64,000 nucleotides of DNA from the human T2T-CHM13v2.0 reference genome, Homo sapiens, in the NCBI RefSeq assembly GCF_009914755.1, contig NC_060944.1. One strand, written 5' to 3'. Both the position numbers and the translations under genes were made by a program. The notes under the pieces are model-generated. The model was not told the DNA's origin, ran no database searches, and saw only the letters and a list, made by a program, of their open reading frames with translations. Positions 42,626 through 56,303 of the stretch are shown here, piece by piece (the first letter of the stretch is position 1; the number at the start of each line of letters is the position of its first letter).

Positions 42626-42893
42626 CAGCTGATGTTCTGGGGCCTCCCTTCAGCATCGCCCTGGAATCTGTCTCCTAAGCTGGATCTATTGTTTCATGTA
42701 GCAAATATATTTTCTTCTTACCTGGCTTATTCCTTTAATGTTGCAGGATATCCTCCAGTTGTCAGCTGTCATCCTGGGTCTCCCTTCAGCATCACCCTGG
42801 AACTTGTATCCTAAGTTGGTTCTATTGTTTCATGTAGCAAACATATTTTCTTCTTACCTAGCTTACTCCTTCTTTGTTGCAGGATATCCTCCA
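42626..42893. repeat. ~137-bp diverged tandem duplication
   Basis: cagctg...ctcccttcagcatc.ccctggaa...tctattgtttcatgtagcaaa.atattttcttcttacct...gttgcaggatatcctcca occurs at 42626 and 42763. Confidence 0.92.
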
Positions 42894-43825
42894 ACAACTT
42901 CTCAAGAAAGGGCCCTTAAAGGCAGATCTTTTGAGACCTTGCATGTCTAAAATGCATTTTGTCTTCACACTTGGCTTATAGTTTGGCTGGGTATAGAATC
43001 CTACAATGGAAATGATTTTCCCTTGGAATTTTCTGCACTCTAGTGTTATTGTTGGGAAAACCAAAGTCACCTCAAATCCCAATCGTTTGTACCTGATCTG
43101 TTGTTTTCCTCTGGAAGCCCATAGGATCTTCTCTGTGTCTCCAGTAGGCTGTAATTTCACAGGGCTTGGTAAGTGCCCATTTTCATCCATCACCCATTAT
43201 GCTTGACATTCAGTGACTCCTTTCAGTTTGAAAAGTCATGTCCTTTGTTTCTGAAAATTTGTCTTAAAATATTTTATTGATAATTTCCTCCCTTTTGGCT
43301 GACACACTACCCCTCCCCCCACCCTGCCCACCCCATCCCTCCCTTGCTGGCTCTTATTCTATCTCTGTCTCTCATTTTTTCTAAAACTCCTGTTGCTCTA
43401 ATATCTGACCTTGTGGATTGGCCTTCTGATTGTCTTTTTCTCTCTTGGACATCCTTGGTTTTCTTTTTAAACAACTTGCTGAGCCATAGCTTCAACTTTA
43501 TTCTCTTATCTGTATACTTTGAGATTTTTTTTGTTTCCACTATCATATTTGTAAATTTCTAGAGCTTTTTATGGTTTGGATGTTTCTTTTTTGTATCATA
43601 TCCCGCTCTTGTTTTATGGTTGCAATATTTTTTCACAGCTCTGAAAACATCAAGAATAGTTTATTTTCCTGAATGTTCTTCTCCTCAAATAGGCTGATTC
43701 CTCTGAGCTTCTTATTTTAGTATGTTTATTTTTTTTCCTTTCTCTTTCATGTTAGAAATTTTCTTTAGATGTCTGGCAAATCTTTTCTGCTGATATTTAA
43801 AAGTAGGGGCTAAAAAAACTGATTG

Positions 43826-44130
43826 GGACTGGGTGTGGTGGCTCACGCCTATAATTCCAATGCCTTGGGAAGCTGAGGCAGGATTGCTTGAGGCTAAATT
43901 TAAGACCAGCCTGGCAACATAGTGGGACCCCCATCTTTACAAAAAATTTTAAAATTAGCCGGGTGTGGTGGTGCGTGTCTGTGGTCCCAGCTCTTCAGGA
44001 GGCTGAGGTGGGAGGATCACTTGAGCCCAGGAAGGTCGAGGTGAGAGTGAGCTGAGATGGCGCCACTGCACTCCAGCCTGGGCAACAGAGTGAGACCCTT
44101 TCTCAAACATCAACTAGCAAACAAATAAAA
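43826..44130 (+). mobile_element. Alu (AluJ-type)
   Basis: Full Alu with a degenerate tail. Confidence 0.9.
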
Positions 44131-46905
44131 AACTGGAAGTTCTGAGTGTGTGCTTGAGGGTGTCCTTGTAGGGTGACTACACAGGGCTGTGGAGCTGAGG
44201 AAACTCTCATGTCAGTATCTTTAAGTCTTTCCTTTGGAGCTGACGGAATCGTGAGCACTGTTTCCTCCTGGCTGCGGCATCATGGTGGAGCACGTGGGCA
44301 GGTGGAGGTGGGTGGGCCAGCGTCTCAGCATCCAGTAGACAAATGTCCCTTGAATACCCCATTTTCAGCATAGACCCTAGACCTCAGCTGAGCTTGTTGT
44401 GCTTCAGCCCAGAGACCCTCTCTTTTACTCTCACTGAAGAACAAAGCCACAGACTTTTGTTGGGCCAGGGAAGGGGCAGTGATTCAGCTCACAGAATGTG
44501 GAGGGGACCTGGGACCCACTACTTCATAAATAAGCTCTCAGCCAATTCTTATTTTCTTACACAAACCCCTCCATCCCAAGCTCCATCTACAGAGGTATCT
44601 GTCAAATTCCAGAGCTTTTCAGCTTGCTGCAAAGGAAGATTGGGTTGGTTTTCACCACTGCCTGGATTTCTCGTTGCCAGGTGAGAATTAGCTTTTTTTT
44701 TTTTTTTTTTTTTTTTCAGATCTGCTCATTATTTGCCTGTCTTCCCCCTGCTTTTGAGCTTTCAAGGTTTTGCTGTTGTTAACTTCTCTCTGATTCTTCC
44801 GAAGTCCTTCTTGCCGTACTGGTGAGGCTTCAGGAACTGACTGCAGGTGTTCACGCCAATATCTATGCCGGGAAGCCCTTTTACTCCTCTGTTCTGCAAA
44901 GCTCTCAGTAAGGCATTTTTGTGTTTTAGGGGGCGGCATTCATGTCTGGCTTTCTGTAGTGACTGGCCTGAGGATGAGCCAGGCTGTACTGGCCAGGACA
45001 CAGTCAGAGCTGGAAGATTATCACTCCTAACCATTTCATCTTTTCCTTCCTTGTTCATCTCCCTTGAGAGTTTGAAACATTCTTTAAACACAGGAAAGAC
45101 TGGGGATTTGATTGTAAGCATACTTTTTTCAACTGATTTCCTTAAAAAACACTTAGAATTTACAAGAAGAACATCATTCTCCCAACAGAATTAAATTACT
45201 TTCATTCTTTTTCCCGGGAGAGTTTTGCTGGAAATGTCCTCTCCTAGCTCTGAGCTAACACAACTCTCTGTTAATGTATTTCTTAGGAATCATCCACTTC
45301 AATGGGCTGCCACTTTTGTGTATTTGTTTTTCTTTCTTATAGATAATGAGTTCCTTTAAGGCTAGAAACTGTGTCTTATTCATTTTTAATCCTTCCCTCT
45401 TCCCCACCATTATCATCTGAAATAAATGAATGAATGAAAAGATTCTGAGCAAGGTAATGCCTGGTAGCAGGATCAGGTCTAACTCCTCACTCTTCCACAA
45501 TGCCTCACCCACATAGACACTAACATAGGCTTGGTGGTTGGCCAAATGAAGTGCAGAATCTTGAACAAAGTGATAACTGGAGCAGCAAAGCCAGAGCATG
45601 GCAACCTCCTTGTATTTCTGCCATGTCCATCCCTGCCCATTGTAAAGCTAGCACCATGGTTAAGACTATAGATACTAAACTCAGACTCTCTGGGTTCAAT
45701 TTTTGACTCCATTCATTATCAACTTTGTGAACTTGAGAAGTATGCATATTCTTTCTGAGCCTCAGTTTTCCCTTCAGAAAAGTGGGAACAACACTGGTGC
45801 TTAGTAGTAGGTAAGATGCAAATTAGAGCAGCTCCTGACACGCAGAAAGTGCACAGTAAATGGTAGCACTGCAGTTCTCCAATGGGTAATGAAAAGATGA
45901 CTTTATTTTTATCACTGATCTAATCTTTATGAGCCCTGGTCCTGCTGGGTTCCAGAAAAAAACACGTTTTTAAACTTGGGTTAATCATACCTTAGACTCT
46001 TCCAGTCCAAGCGGTCTTGTAATTATAATCCAGCCCCTGCCGCGTAAGTGCTTAATCTCTCAGACTCCTCCTCCTTCTGTTCTCCTCCAGGATTGTATCT
46101 AGGGAGCCTGGAATGGGGGCTTCTGTGAGGGAGGTTGGGACCCACATGTTCTCTGTTTACAGACTTGTCTGCTTTCGCCTGGTCCTTGATTGGTGACAGT
46201 TGATGTGTGTCTGATCACAACTGGCCTTCTGGATGTGGTGCTGGCTCCCAGCACTGGAGGCTGTGGTCCCTGCCCTGTGCCTCCAGCTGAGAAGTCCTCA
46301 CTTTCCATGGCTTCTGTCCCAACTCCAGGCTACTGCTGGTCAACAAGTCCTTTCAGCATCTCCATTCCCCTCCCTTGACCATATGGGAACTTCTGGATCC
46401 CTGCCTGCCGTGGACAGGAGGCTTGTTTCAGGCCTACTCTCAAGCTCCTCTGTCTGCAAAAATGCATTTATAAAAGGATAAAGGAGGACCCGCAGAATCA
46501 TCAGGAGCACTCAGCTTCCAGGAATAAGATCCAGAACCTCAGAACCGGCTTGACGAGGAAATAGAAGCTGCTACCAACGCTCCTGCCCCTGTTCTGCCAA
46601 TGCTTCTCTGGGGCAGGAACTCATCCTGCAGCTACTAGTAAACCATGATCCCCATGGAAGCTGGTCTCTGCCACCATTCATGCCAACAGACCTGCCTCCT
46701 GCAGGTAATCCATGCCATCCAATTGCACACTTCTGAGCTGGAGTCTTGCTTGCCTGGGTTTGATCTGATGAGTGCATGTGGCAGGCCTGCATCCTACCTA
46801 CCAGGGAGGCTGGGCTTTGAGTTTTCTGTGTTCTGGCTTTGGATGGTGTGACTATTGAGGCTGGAAATTTGCAAAATACAGCAAAGGCATTCAAAAGGGT
46901 CTGCA

Positions 46906-47036
46906 AGCCGTGTGCAGTGGCATACGCCTGTAGTCCCAGCTACTCAGGAGGCTGACCCGGAAGGATCTTTTGAGCCCAGGAGTTTGAGTCCAGCCTGGGA
47001 AACATAGCATAGACCTTGTTTCTTAAAAAAAAAAAT
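46906..47036 (+). mobile_element. Alu monomer (FLAM-A type)
   Basis: Monomer with tagtcccagctactcaggaggctg running directly into gagtttgagtccagcctggg, then polyA. Confidence 0.8.
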
Positions 47037-47094
47037 TTAATAACAATAAAAAGAACTGGACAGCTAGAAAACATGATGCTACATGAAGCAAAAA

Positions 47095-47580
47095 CCCTTT
47101 TTTCATTTTATTATGAAAATTTTCAAACATAGAGCAAAGTTAAAAGAATTTAATAGTGAACACCATATGCCCCTCACCTAGGATTCTACCATTAACATTT
47201 TACTATGCTTATTTTATCACTCTTCCATCCATCCTTTCGTCCATCCACACATCCATCCAACCAGAAATTTTTGGTGCATTTCAAAGTCAATTGCAGACAT
47301 TGGTACACTTCCTTCTGAATACTTCAGCATGCCTATGGTTAACTAGAGTTTGAAATTTGTTTACAGTTTTTTTCTTGGTGTTAAATTCACATATAATGAG
47401 ATGTACAAATCTAAAGTGTACATTGGCTGCATTTTAATAAATGCCTATGTAATCAATATTCCAATCAAAATATAGAAAAAATGATCACTCCAGAAACTCC
47501 CCTCATGCCCCTTTCCAATCTCTGTCTCTAACCACCCCCAAAGGCAACCACTGTTCTGATGTTTTTCCTACCATAGGTTG
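47095..47580 (-). mobile_element. L1ME-type 3' end fragments
   Basis: tttattatgaaaattttcaaacatagagcaaagt... and aaattcacatataatgagatgtacaaatctaaagtgtaca...ggcaaccactgttctgat. Confidence 0.7.
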
Positions 47581-47766
47581 GTTGGCAAAAGCCCTCTAAT
47601 TTTGGCTTTTTCCTGAAACTATGGAAATTTGCCCCAGAAAGCTGAAATCAGATAGAAAATCTGCCTGCTTCTCCTTCCTTGGTCTCACTTCTCTTCCCCA
47701 TACTCAACACAGGTGGGCTCCCCTCAGTGCCCTGGTAGAAAGGATTTCCCTGAAATGGTGTATCCA

Positions 47767-48013
47767 GGCCAGGTACAGTGGTTCATGCCTGTAATCCCAA
47801 CAAATGGGGAGACCAAGGCAGGAGGACCACTTGAGGCCAAGAGTTTGAGACAAGCCTGGGCAACACAGTGCGAGACCCTGCCTCCACAAAACATAAAATA
47901 AAGTAAAAATTAGCCAGACATAGTGGCACATGCCTGTACTCCCAGCTACTCAGAAGGCTGGGGTGGGAGAATCACTTGAGCCCAGGAGATCCAGGCTACA
48001 ATGAGCTATGATT
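47767..48013 (+). mobile_element. AluJ, 3' truncated
   Basis: Alu stops at atgagctatgatt with no tail. Confidence 0.88.
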
Positions 48014-49374
48014 CATTAAGCCTGGATCCTGATAGTTAATGGAAACTTAAAGAGTTTACTAAATGCTTTCTTGGCAAAGCCTAGCTTTAAAAACAACATT
48101 GTCTTATGAAGGACAAAACAAAACAAAACAAAACAGAAACCAAAAAACCTGATAGGGCAGTCAGTGCTAGATGATGACCCATTATAATTAGTCTCCTCTG
48201 CCCTGTCCCGGAAGCACAGAGACTCTTGGCTTCAGTGGGTGGGGAACCTCAGGTCAACATAATTTACCAGAAATATGACTGAAAATATTTCAAAAACACT
48301 ATCCTCATCACAGAGTGAGTGAGCCGAACTGAACCAAGGGGAGGATCTAGAATCAGATGACATCGAGAAGTTGATAGCAAAAGTGTTAGAACCGCTGACA
48401 TCTCAATAGGTTCCACAGTGATTCTCCCTTTAATGAGCATGAAGAAGTATTTGCTGAATGAGTTTTGACAGGAATTAATGAATGCAGAATGGAAGAAATG
48501 AATGAAGAGGGGATCATAAGTGAGGTGATTCCTGAGCATCCAAAGCAGTGACACAGTGAGATCTGAAGTCTTTGCAGCTTCAGAGCCGCTCGTAGGTGCT
48601 AACAATGTGTGATGTATGGAAAGACAGACGAGGCCACAATAGGACACAGGTGACAGGGATGAGGCCACCTCTTACCTCCAGGCTTGCCACACAGCTCTGG
48701 CCCACATAAGGTGGGCAAGGACAAGGTCTGCTGATGACAGTACTAGAGCATCTTGCCTTCCAACTGGGTGAGCACCTCCCTGCAAGAGCATGAACGCCAG
48801 CTGCCTATCACCTATGTCACCGGCTACAGGCATGGTCCTAAGGATGAGGTGATGTAGAGGTGAGTTAGAGCTTCACAGTCTTTTATTAGTTGCCCGATGA
48901 CTTTGCCCAAGGGTGAGAGGGAGCAGTATCATCTTCCATTTTATAGCCAGGTAAACAGAGGCCCAGAGAGGGGAAGGGACACCCTGCTGCCCGACCAGTC
49001 CAGGTCTAGCTGTGATAGGTTGTTCTAACTCATTGTCTTGTGAGGATGAATTCCCAAAACAACACAGGTGACTCCCAGCCAGAGTGCACAGGGGATCCTG
49101 TGTCCAGCTGGTTGCTTGGCCCTTGGAACTCACCCATGGGCGGTACCAGGTCTGTGGTTGCTGGACCCACGGGGCTCTGGATATGGGGGTTCCAAGCAGC
49201 AGAGGGGCCTGGGGTGCCACCCACAGGGCACAGCTGCTCTGGATTTTTCTGGCCCTCAGCCTCATCTTTACTTGAGTCCACAGCCTCAGGCTCCCTCCCC
49301 TGTGATTTGGGTCAGTCTGAAGTTTTCTCTTAAGGGACAGACCTGGAATCCTAGAGGGGAAGTGCACTCTAGGC

Positions 49375-49785
49375 CAGCAGTTCTCAATCTTTTGGGGCTC
49401 AAGACCCCTTTACACTTTTAAAAATTATTGAGATGCCAAAGAGCACTTGCTTATGTGGGTTATATCTATAGTTTTTTTTTTACTGATTTGGAAGCTAACA
49501 ATGAGAAACTTACAAAAATGTATGCATTAATTCACTTAGAAACTAAAAAACCTATTGCATCTTAACACATACAACATGTATTTATGAAAAATAACTGTAC
49601 TTTCCAAGAACAAAAATAGCATTAGTATGAGTGGCATTGTTTTAGATATAAATTTTTTTTTGCAAATTTCTTTAACTAAATGGCAGGCTTAACAGAGAAC
49701 AGCTGGATTCTCATAGCTGCTTTTGTATTCAATTTTTTAAACATTATATATCATGAAGCCTCTGGAAAATTCCACTGTACATTCA
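49375..49785 (+). mobile_element. hAT-Charlie element (MER119-like)
   Basis: Begins cagcagttctcaatcttttggggctcaagacccctttacacttttaaaaattattgag, a Charlie-type terminus. Confidence 0.65.
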
Positions 49786-49953
49786 GGGCTAGGGAGATGC
49801 TTTGAGTCCTGAAAAAAATCATGGTGCCCTTCCAATCCATATAATTAAAACAAAAGTAAACTTGAAATTAAGTAAACACAACACAGTTTTTATTTTCCCA
49901 AGGTGAGTCCTTTGATTTTTTTTTTTTAATGTTAAAATATTTTTTAAAATTCA

Positions 49954-50242
49954 GGCCAGGCACGGTGGCTCAAGCCTGTTATCCCAGCACTTTGGGCAGA
50001 TCACTTGAGGCCAGGAGTTTGAGACCAACCTGGCCAACAGAGCGAAACCTCGTCTCTACTAAAAATACAAAAAATTAGCTGGACGTGGTGGTGCACACCT
50101 GTAATCCCAGCTACTCAGGAGGCTGAGGCAGGAGAATCAAACTGCTTGAACCCAGGAGGCAGAGGTTGCAGTGAGCCAAGATCACACCACTGCACTCCAG
50201 CCTGGGAGAAAACAAGACCCTGCCTCAAAAAAAAAAAAAAAA
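49954..50242 (+). mobile_element. Alu (AluS-type)
   Basis: Alu with a left-arm internal deletion and polyA. Confidence 0.9.
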
Positions 50243-50809
50243 ACTGCTTGGTATCCACACTTTACTGGTGTCTTAAGCATGTGAACAACTCATCACAGAT
50301 CAAAGGGGAGGGGCCCTGCCCAGGCATCTGTGCTTGGCTCCCTGGAGAAAGCCTCTCTTCCATCCTCACTCCCCATCAAGAGACCCTTATTTCTCTGAAC
50401 TCCTCCCCAAAGGACAGGGTGCTTTAGCACGACCTCCTCTTCACTGGATTTAGGGCATGGTGCTGGGGAGCAGATGGGAGGACAGAGAGACCTGAATCCC
50501 TCAAGACATCCTCATCAAGGAGGCTGTGGTGGGAAGGAAACAAGCCACTGCAGTGTGAGGCTCGTGGACGGACAGACAGAGGGACAGATGATGGACATGC
50601 CCAGGAGCTCCAAGCAGTCAAGACCCCTGGAGACTATGGCAATCAGGCTTCCTGGAAGGACGTGGAGCTGGAATTCAGTTTTTAGGACGGGAAAAAGGGG
50701 CAAAATGAATGAGAAATTTTTATTCTTTCCCCTGACTTTAAAGATAATACAGATTTGTATAGAAAAGTAAAGCAATACAGAAAATAAAAAGAAGAAAGTA
50801 AAAATAATT

Positions 50810-51020
50810 ACAACTAATATTTGTTGGGTGTGTGCCAGGCAGTGTTCTAAGTGCTTTACATATATTCACATTTAATTTTTACAACAACCCTTTGAGGTAG
50901 GCACTACTTTTATCCCCACATTACACATAAGAAAACTGAGGCCTAGAAAGGTTAACTTATTTGCCAATAGAGAACTAAGTGATGAAGCTGAAATTTGACC
51001 GAGGCAGTTTGACTCCAGAG
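50810..51020 (-). mobile_element. MIR
   Basis: tgtgccaggcagtgttctaagtgctttaca...acaacaaccctttgaggtagg...gaaaactgaggcctagaaaggttaa. Confidence 0.8.
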
Positions 51021-51316
51021 CCAAGATCTGAGGCAACCATCTAAACACAGGTAACCCATCTAAACATTCATACATTGAGCATCTACTACATGCCAGGAAC
51101 CTACTAAACTTTAGATTCATGACTCTGACTGTTGGCTGTGGTCTCCTACTTGAGCACATAGGATAGAAGAACATGATTTCTGGAAGTAGCTTGTTCAGCA
51201 TCTTCATGCCATGGTGGACTTGGGGGTATTCTGGGGGGGTGCTGCTGAGCCTGTGTGAGGCCAAGTATTCATGAAGAGCAACAAAGAGACTTGGGATAAA
51301 TTAAGATGGTACTGCT

Positions 51317-51613
<297 letters not shown>

Positions 51614-51789
51614 TGTATTGCAAAAGGCATTGGAGGCCACCATAAAGAGTTTGAACTTAGGACCTTGTTGGGAGTGAGAAGCCACAGGGCCTTTGGAATG
51701 AGGAGTGCCACAGAATAAAAATGGTGGTTTGAGGATACGTATGTATCTAGAGGGAAATTTGGCAAAATATATCATAATTTTGCTTGTTT

Positions 51790-51913
51790 ATTTGTTTTTA
51801 GAGACAGAGTCTTGCTACGTTGCCCAGGCTGGACCCAAACTGGGCTCGCTGTATCTTCCCACCTCAGCCTCCCAAGTAGCTGGGACTACAGGTGCACACC
51901 ACCATGCCTGGCT
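51790..51913 (-). mobile_element. Alu monomer (FLAM-type)
   Basis: Reverse monomer ending ccaccatgcctggc. Confidence 0.8.
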
Positions 51914-52523
51914 TGTTATTTTAAATAATAATAATAATAATGTTTTTGAAAGGTAGTATATACCCACAGTCAAACATTTCTAAGAGTTCAAAAATTAGGT
52001 TTCTCCCTGACTTCTCGTTTCTACCACCTCCTTTTATTTTCCACCTTACTTTTTGTTTTTAATTAGGCAATGTACCTAGGAGACTGTTTCATATCCACGT
52101 GCATCAGTCTGCCTCCACTTTTTAAATAGCTACATAGTATTTTATTACATGGATAGATCATAATTTATCCCATTAATGAAGACAGGAGAGTTTTCACTCT
52201 TTCTGTTATAATTAATGTTGCAATAAATATCCTCGTACTTAAATCTTTCCACACTTTTGGATCCATCTGTCGGACAAATTCCTGCACATGGAATTGCTGT
52301 CTTGAAGAATGGCTCCTCTCAACAATTTCACTTGGCAGAAATTGTCCCATCATAGAAGCACACAAAAATACATGCAAACAATTAAATTTCTTTATAAGGG
52401 CAAAAAAGTGGAAATGACCTAAATTCTTATAAATTTAAGAAGGGTTAGTAAAATTATGTAAATTCACACAAGAGATGACATTAATAATGACAGTGCATAG
52501 CTATATTCTATGATTTGAAAAGC

Positions 52524-53101
<578 letters not shown>

Positions 53102-53301
53102 TCATCTCTAGCCTGATCATCAGAATCAGAGAATGTTGGAACTGGTAACACTTAGTTCACACCCGTATTTTACAGATGAAGGCAATAAGGCCCAGAGAAG
53201 GTAAGTGACCTGCTGAAGGTCACACAGCCAGTTTGGCCCAGAGATAACAGAACCCAGGACTCTACTGCCAGGCTATGATGCTCACTTCTAAACTGAGTAT
53301 G

Positions 53302-53595
<294 letters not shown>

Positions 53596-54127
53596 CGAGG
53601 AGTATGAATTATTATTTGGGGTCTCGAGCAGTGGGGCAGGCAGTGATTTTGATGCCCTGTCTTCTGGGAGCTCCCGTCCAAGCAAGCCCAGGATGAAAGA
53701 TAAAAGGGCCCTGAATAAGACCATCATTAGTGGGGAGGAGCCTGACCCTGCATAGGCAGAAAAGCAGCTTCAGCAGGGCCCAGGGTCTACAGGGCAGCAG
53801 CCTGCAGGGTGTTGAGGAAGGAGCTGCCCTGGGCTGCTGCCAGATGTCAGTAATTATAAGGCTATGTGGGTCTGCAGACAGCTCATTAAAGACGCTTGAT
53901 CTGCGTGAAACCAGGAAGCAGAACTCAGCCTCTTTGCCACTTTCTGTAAGAAATCCAACCACATCAAACACTTTGGGGTTTTTATGCAGTTTCCTGAATG
54001 TTGGGGTGATCCCAGGGAGCGGCCTCATCCTACTGTGCTCAGCACACGGTTGTCTCCTTACCCTTCCTTGTCTCTTTCCCTCGATTCTACCCCCTCCCAC
54101 TTCCCCTTCCTCACTGGCCCAGTGAGG

Positions 54128-54329
54128 CTGCTGAAGGTCACACAGCCAGTTTGGCCCAGAGATAACAGAACCCAGGACTCTACTGCCAGGCTATGATGCT
54201 CACTTCTAAACTGAGTATGGGCCGGGTGCAGTGGCTCTCACTTGTAATCTCGCACTTTGGGAGGCTGAGGTGGGCAGATCACCTGAGGTCAGGAGTTTGA
54301 GACCAGCCTGGCCAACATGGCGAAACTGT
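54128..54329 (+). repeat. 202-bp direct copy of 53210-53411
   Basis: Identical by eye except one base (53327 G vs 54245 T). Offset 918 bp. Confidence 0.95.
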
Positions 54330-55159
54330 GCCCAGGCCACATCCAGCCTTCGATAGCCCCAAGTCATCCATCAAAGCATTTCTCCGGCAAAAAGAAACCT
54401 ACCCCACCGGCTTCCATGAAAATAAAATCCCCTCTATTTCATTAACAAAAGACCTCAGATGCCTTGAATTCCAGCACCTTCAAGCCCAGAATCTTAGACT
54501 TTGAGCTGGAATGGCCCTGAAGAATAATTGAGTCCAATCCCTTTAGTTTGTAGGTAGAAACACCAGGGTTCCAGGAGGGGAGAGGTCTTGTCCAAGGTCA
54601 CGGGACACCCATGGCCACCAGGCCTCTAAGCTCCTGGCTGGAGGCCACTCACAAAGTCAGGGCAGATGGGCCTAGCTTCTGAGTCAGAACCAGCTCTCCC
54701 CTTTTTCTTACCTACCTCCTCTCAAGAGTCTAGTGTCCACCAAGGAAGTCTAGTGGCCCTGAAGGAGGATCATGGACCTCTGCCTCTTTAGATGCCTGCA
54801 GAACAGAGTGGAGCTGTGGGCCCAGGAGTCTTCTGCTCTCACCCAGGAGGGGAGAGGGAGCCACAGACTGACCCGGCACTGCAGCGTGCAACCATGTACT
54901 TCGGGGTCCTGGCGCTGAGCCTGTTTTTTCTCATTTGAGGGTTGTTGTGAGGGCTAAGAATGGCCAACCATAAATCCGAGTTCCCTCAGTCTTCTCTCTT
55001 TCCCCGTTCTTTTTCTTGCCAGGCTTGTGACCTTTCTGAGCCTCAGTTTCTCCACAGTCCCATTCGCAACTCCGTGTTTCCAAGGTCTCTTGGCAGGAGC
55101 CACTCCCACAGTGAACCCCTCTAGGTGCAATTACAGGATGATTTTGTGTCTCGTGGGTG

Positions 55160-55275
55160 TCGCTGCTAGGGTGGAGGGCCACGCCTCCTCTTTTGAATTC
55201 TGACTTTCCTGCCTAGGAGTGTCCCAAGGTTTTCCTTGTTAAAATTGGTCTGGCTGGCTGCTGTGACGCGCCACA
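55160..55275 (+). promoter_or_regulatory. Putative TGM6 core promoter
   Basis: TATA-like TTAAAA at 55239-55244, about 30-35 nt upstream of the estimated TSS. Also a GT/KLF box GGGTGG at ~55168 and a half-CRE TGACG at 55264. No CpG island. Confidence 0.55.
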
Positions 55276-55342
55276 CTGTCCTGACGGTGCACACACTGCT
55301 GTGTGGAGGAACAGAGGAGTCCAGCTGGCCTTCACATGGCAG
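55275..55342 (+). CDS. TGM6: Transglutaminase 6 exon 1 (5' UTR plus 7 coding nt, ATG GCA G at 55336-55342)
   Basis: ttcacATGGCAG|gtaagt is a perfect donor giving Met-Ala-(G), which matches the TGM6 N-terminus MAG and the short phase-1 first coding exon of TGM3/TGM6. It lies about 40 kb downstream of TGM3, as expected for the tandem pair. The TSS is approximate and exon 2 is outside the window. Confidence 0.82.
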
Positions 55343-56001
55343 GTAAGTGGGCAGAGCCTGGGGCCTTGGGACACCAGGGCTCATGAGGGGGGCTTCAAGA
55401 AACATGGGTCTGTGGGATGACGTTTGATCATCGATTGTTAGGATTTTACAGCTGGATAGTCCACCATGAACACATGAACTCTTCGTGTGGATTCATGAGG
55501 CCCAGGATGAAAAAGCCAGCTTTAAGCCACCCAGCAAGGCCATGGCCCAGGCTGGCTCAGGCGCTGTCTCCTGGGCTGGGGCCAGGTCTCACCCCTGTGC
55601 CTCGGAGGACTGAAGGAGGCAGGCACAGGAAGGCAGGGGCAGAAGAAAGAAAATCTCCTTGCACCCCATGCACATTCCATGGATCCAGAGACGTTTCTGG
55701 GCATAGTTGGGAATTGTGGCCTGCGTGGGAAGGAGTGAGAGGCCCCCATTGGCTGCATCCTCGCCTGATTCCCACCCCAAGCACTTGAGGGCAAGAGCAG
55801 CTCTGGCTCAAGTGAAAACAGCTGTATGACCTTGAGCAAGAAAATTTGCCCTTGGTACCTCTGTTTTCTGATCTGTGTAATGGGGATTATAATGCAAATT
55901 ATCTCACAGCCTTGCTGTGAGGAGTTGGTGAGACCACGTGTGCTGTTCTCCCACCACACATCTCAAGTGGGGACTTGTAAACAGTAGACTCAGAAAATGT
56001 G

Positions 56002-56303
56002 GGTCGGGCACAGTGGCTCACGCCTCTAATCCCAGCATTTTGGGAGGCTGAAGGGGGTGGAATTCTTGAGCTCAGGAGTTTGAGACCAGCCTGGGCAATG
56101 TGGCAAAACCCCGTCTCTACAAAAAAATACAACAATTAGCTAGGCATGGTGGGGAACACCCAAAGTCCCAGCTACTTGGGAGGCTGAGGTGAGAGGATCG
56201 CTTGAGCTTAGGAGGTAGAGGCTACAGTGAGCCAAGATGGTGCCACTGCACTGCAGGCTGGGCAACAGAGTGAGACCCTGTCTCAAAAAAAAAAGAAAGA
56301 AAG
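56002..56303 (+). mobile_element. Alu (AluJ-type), TGM6 intron 1
   Basis: Full Alu with AluJ features. Confidence 0.9.

Larger units (their letters stand above)
42080..44850 (-). mobile_element. Very old L1ME/HAL1-type element (ORF1-like), interrupted by an Alu
   Basis: Antisense ORF1-like fragments (EGQSTRSDIRATGVLE) and the sequence tttgagaccttgcatgtctaaaatg...gtttggctgggtatagaat. Confidence 0.6.
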
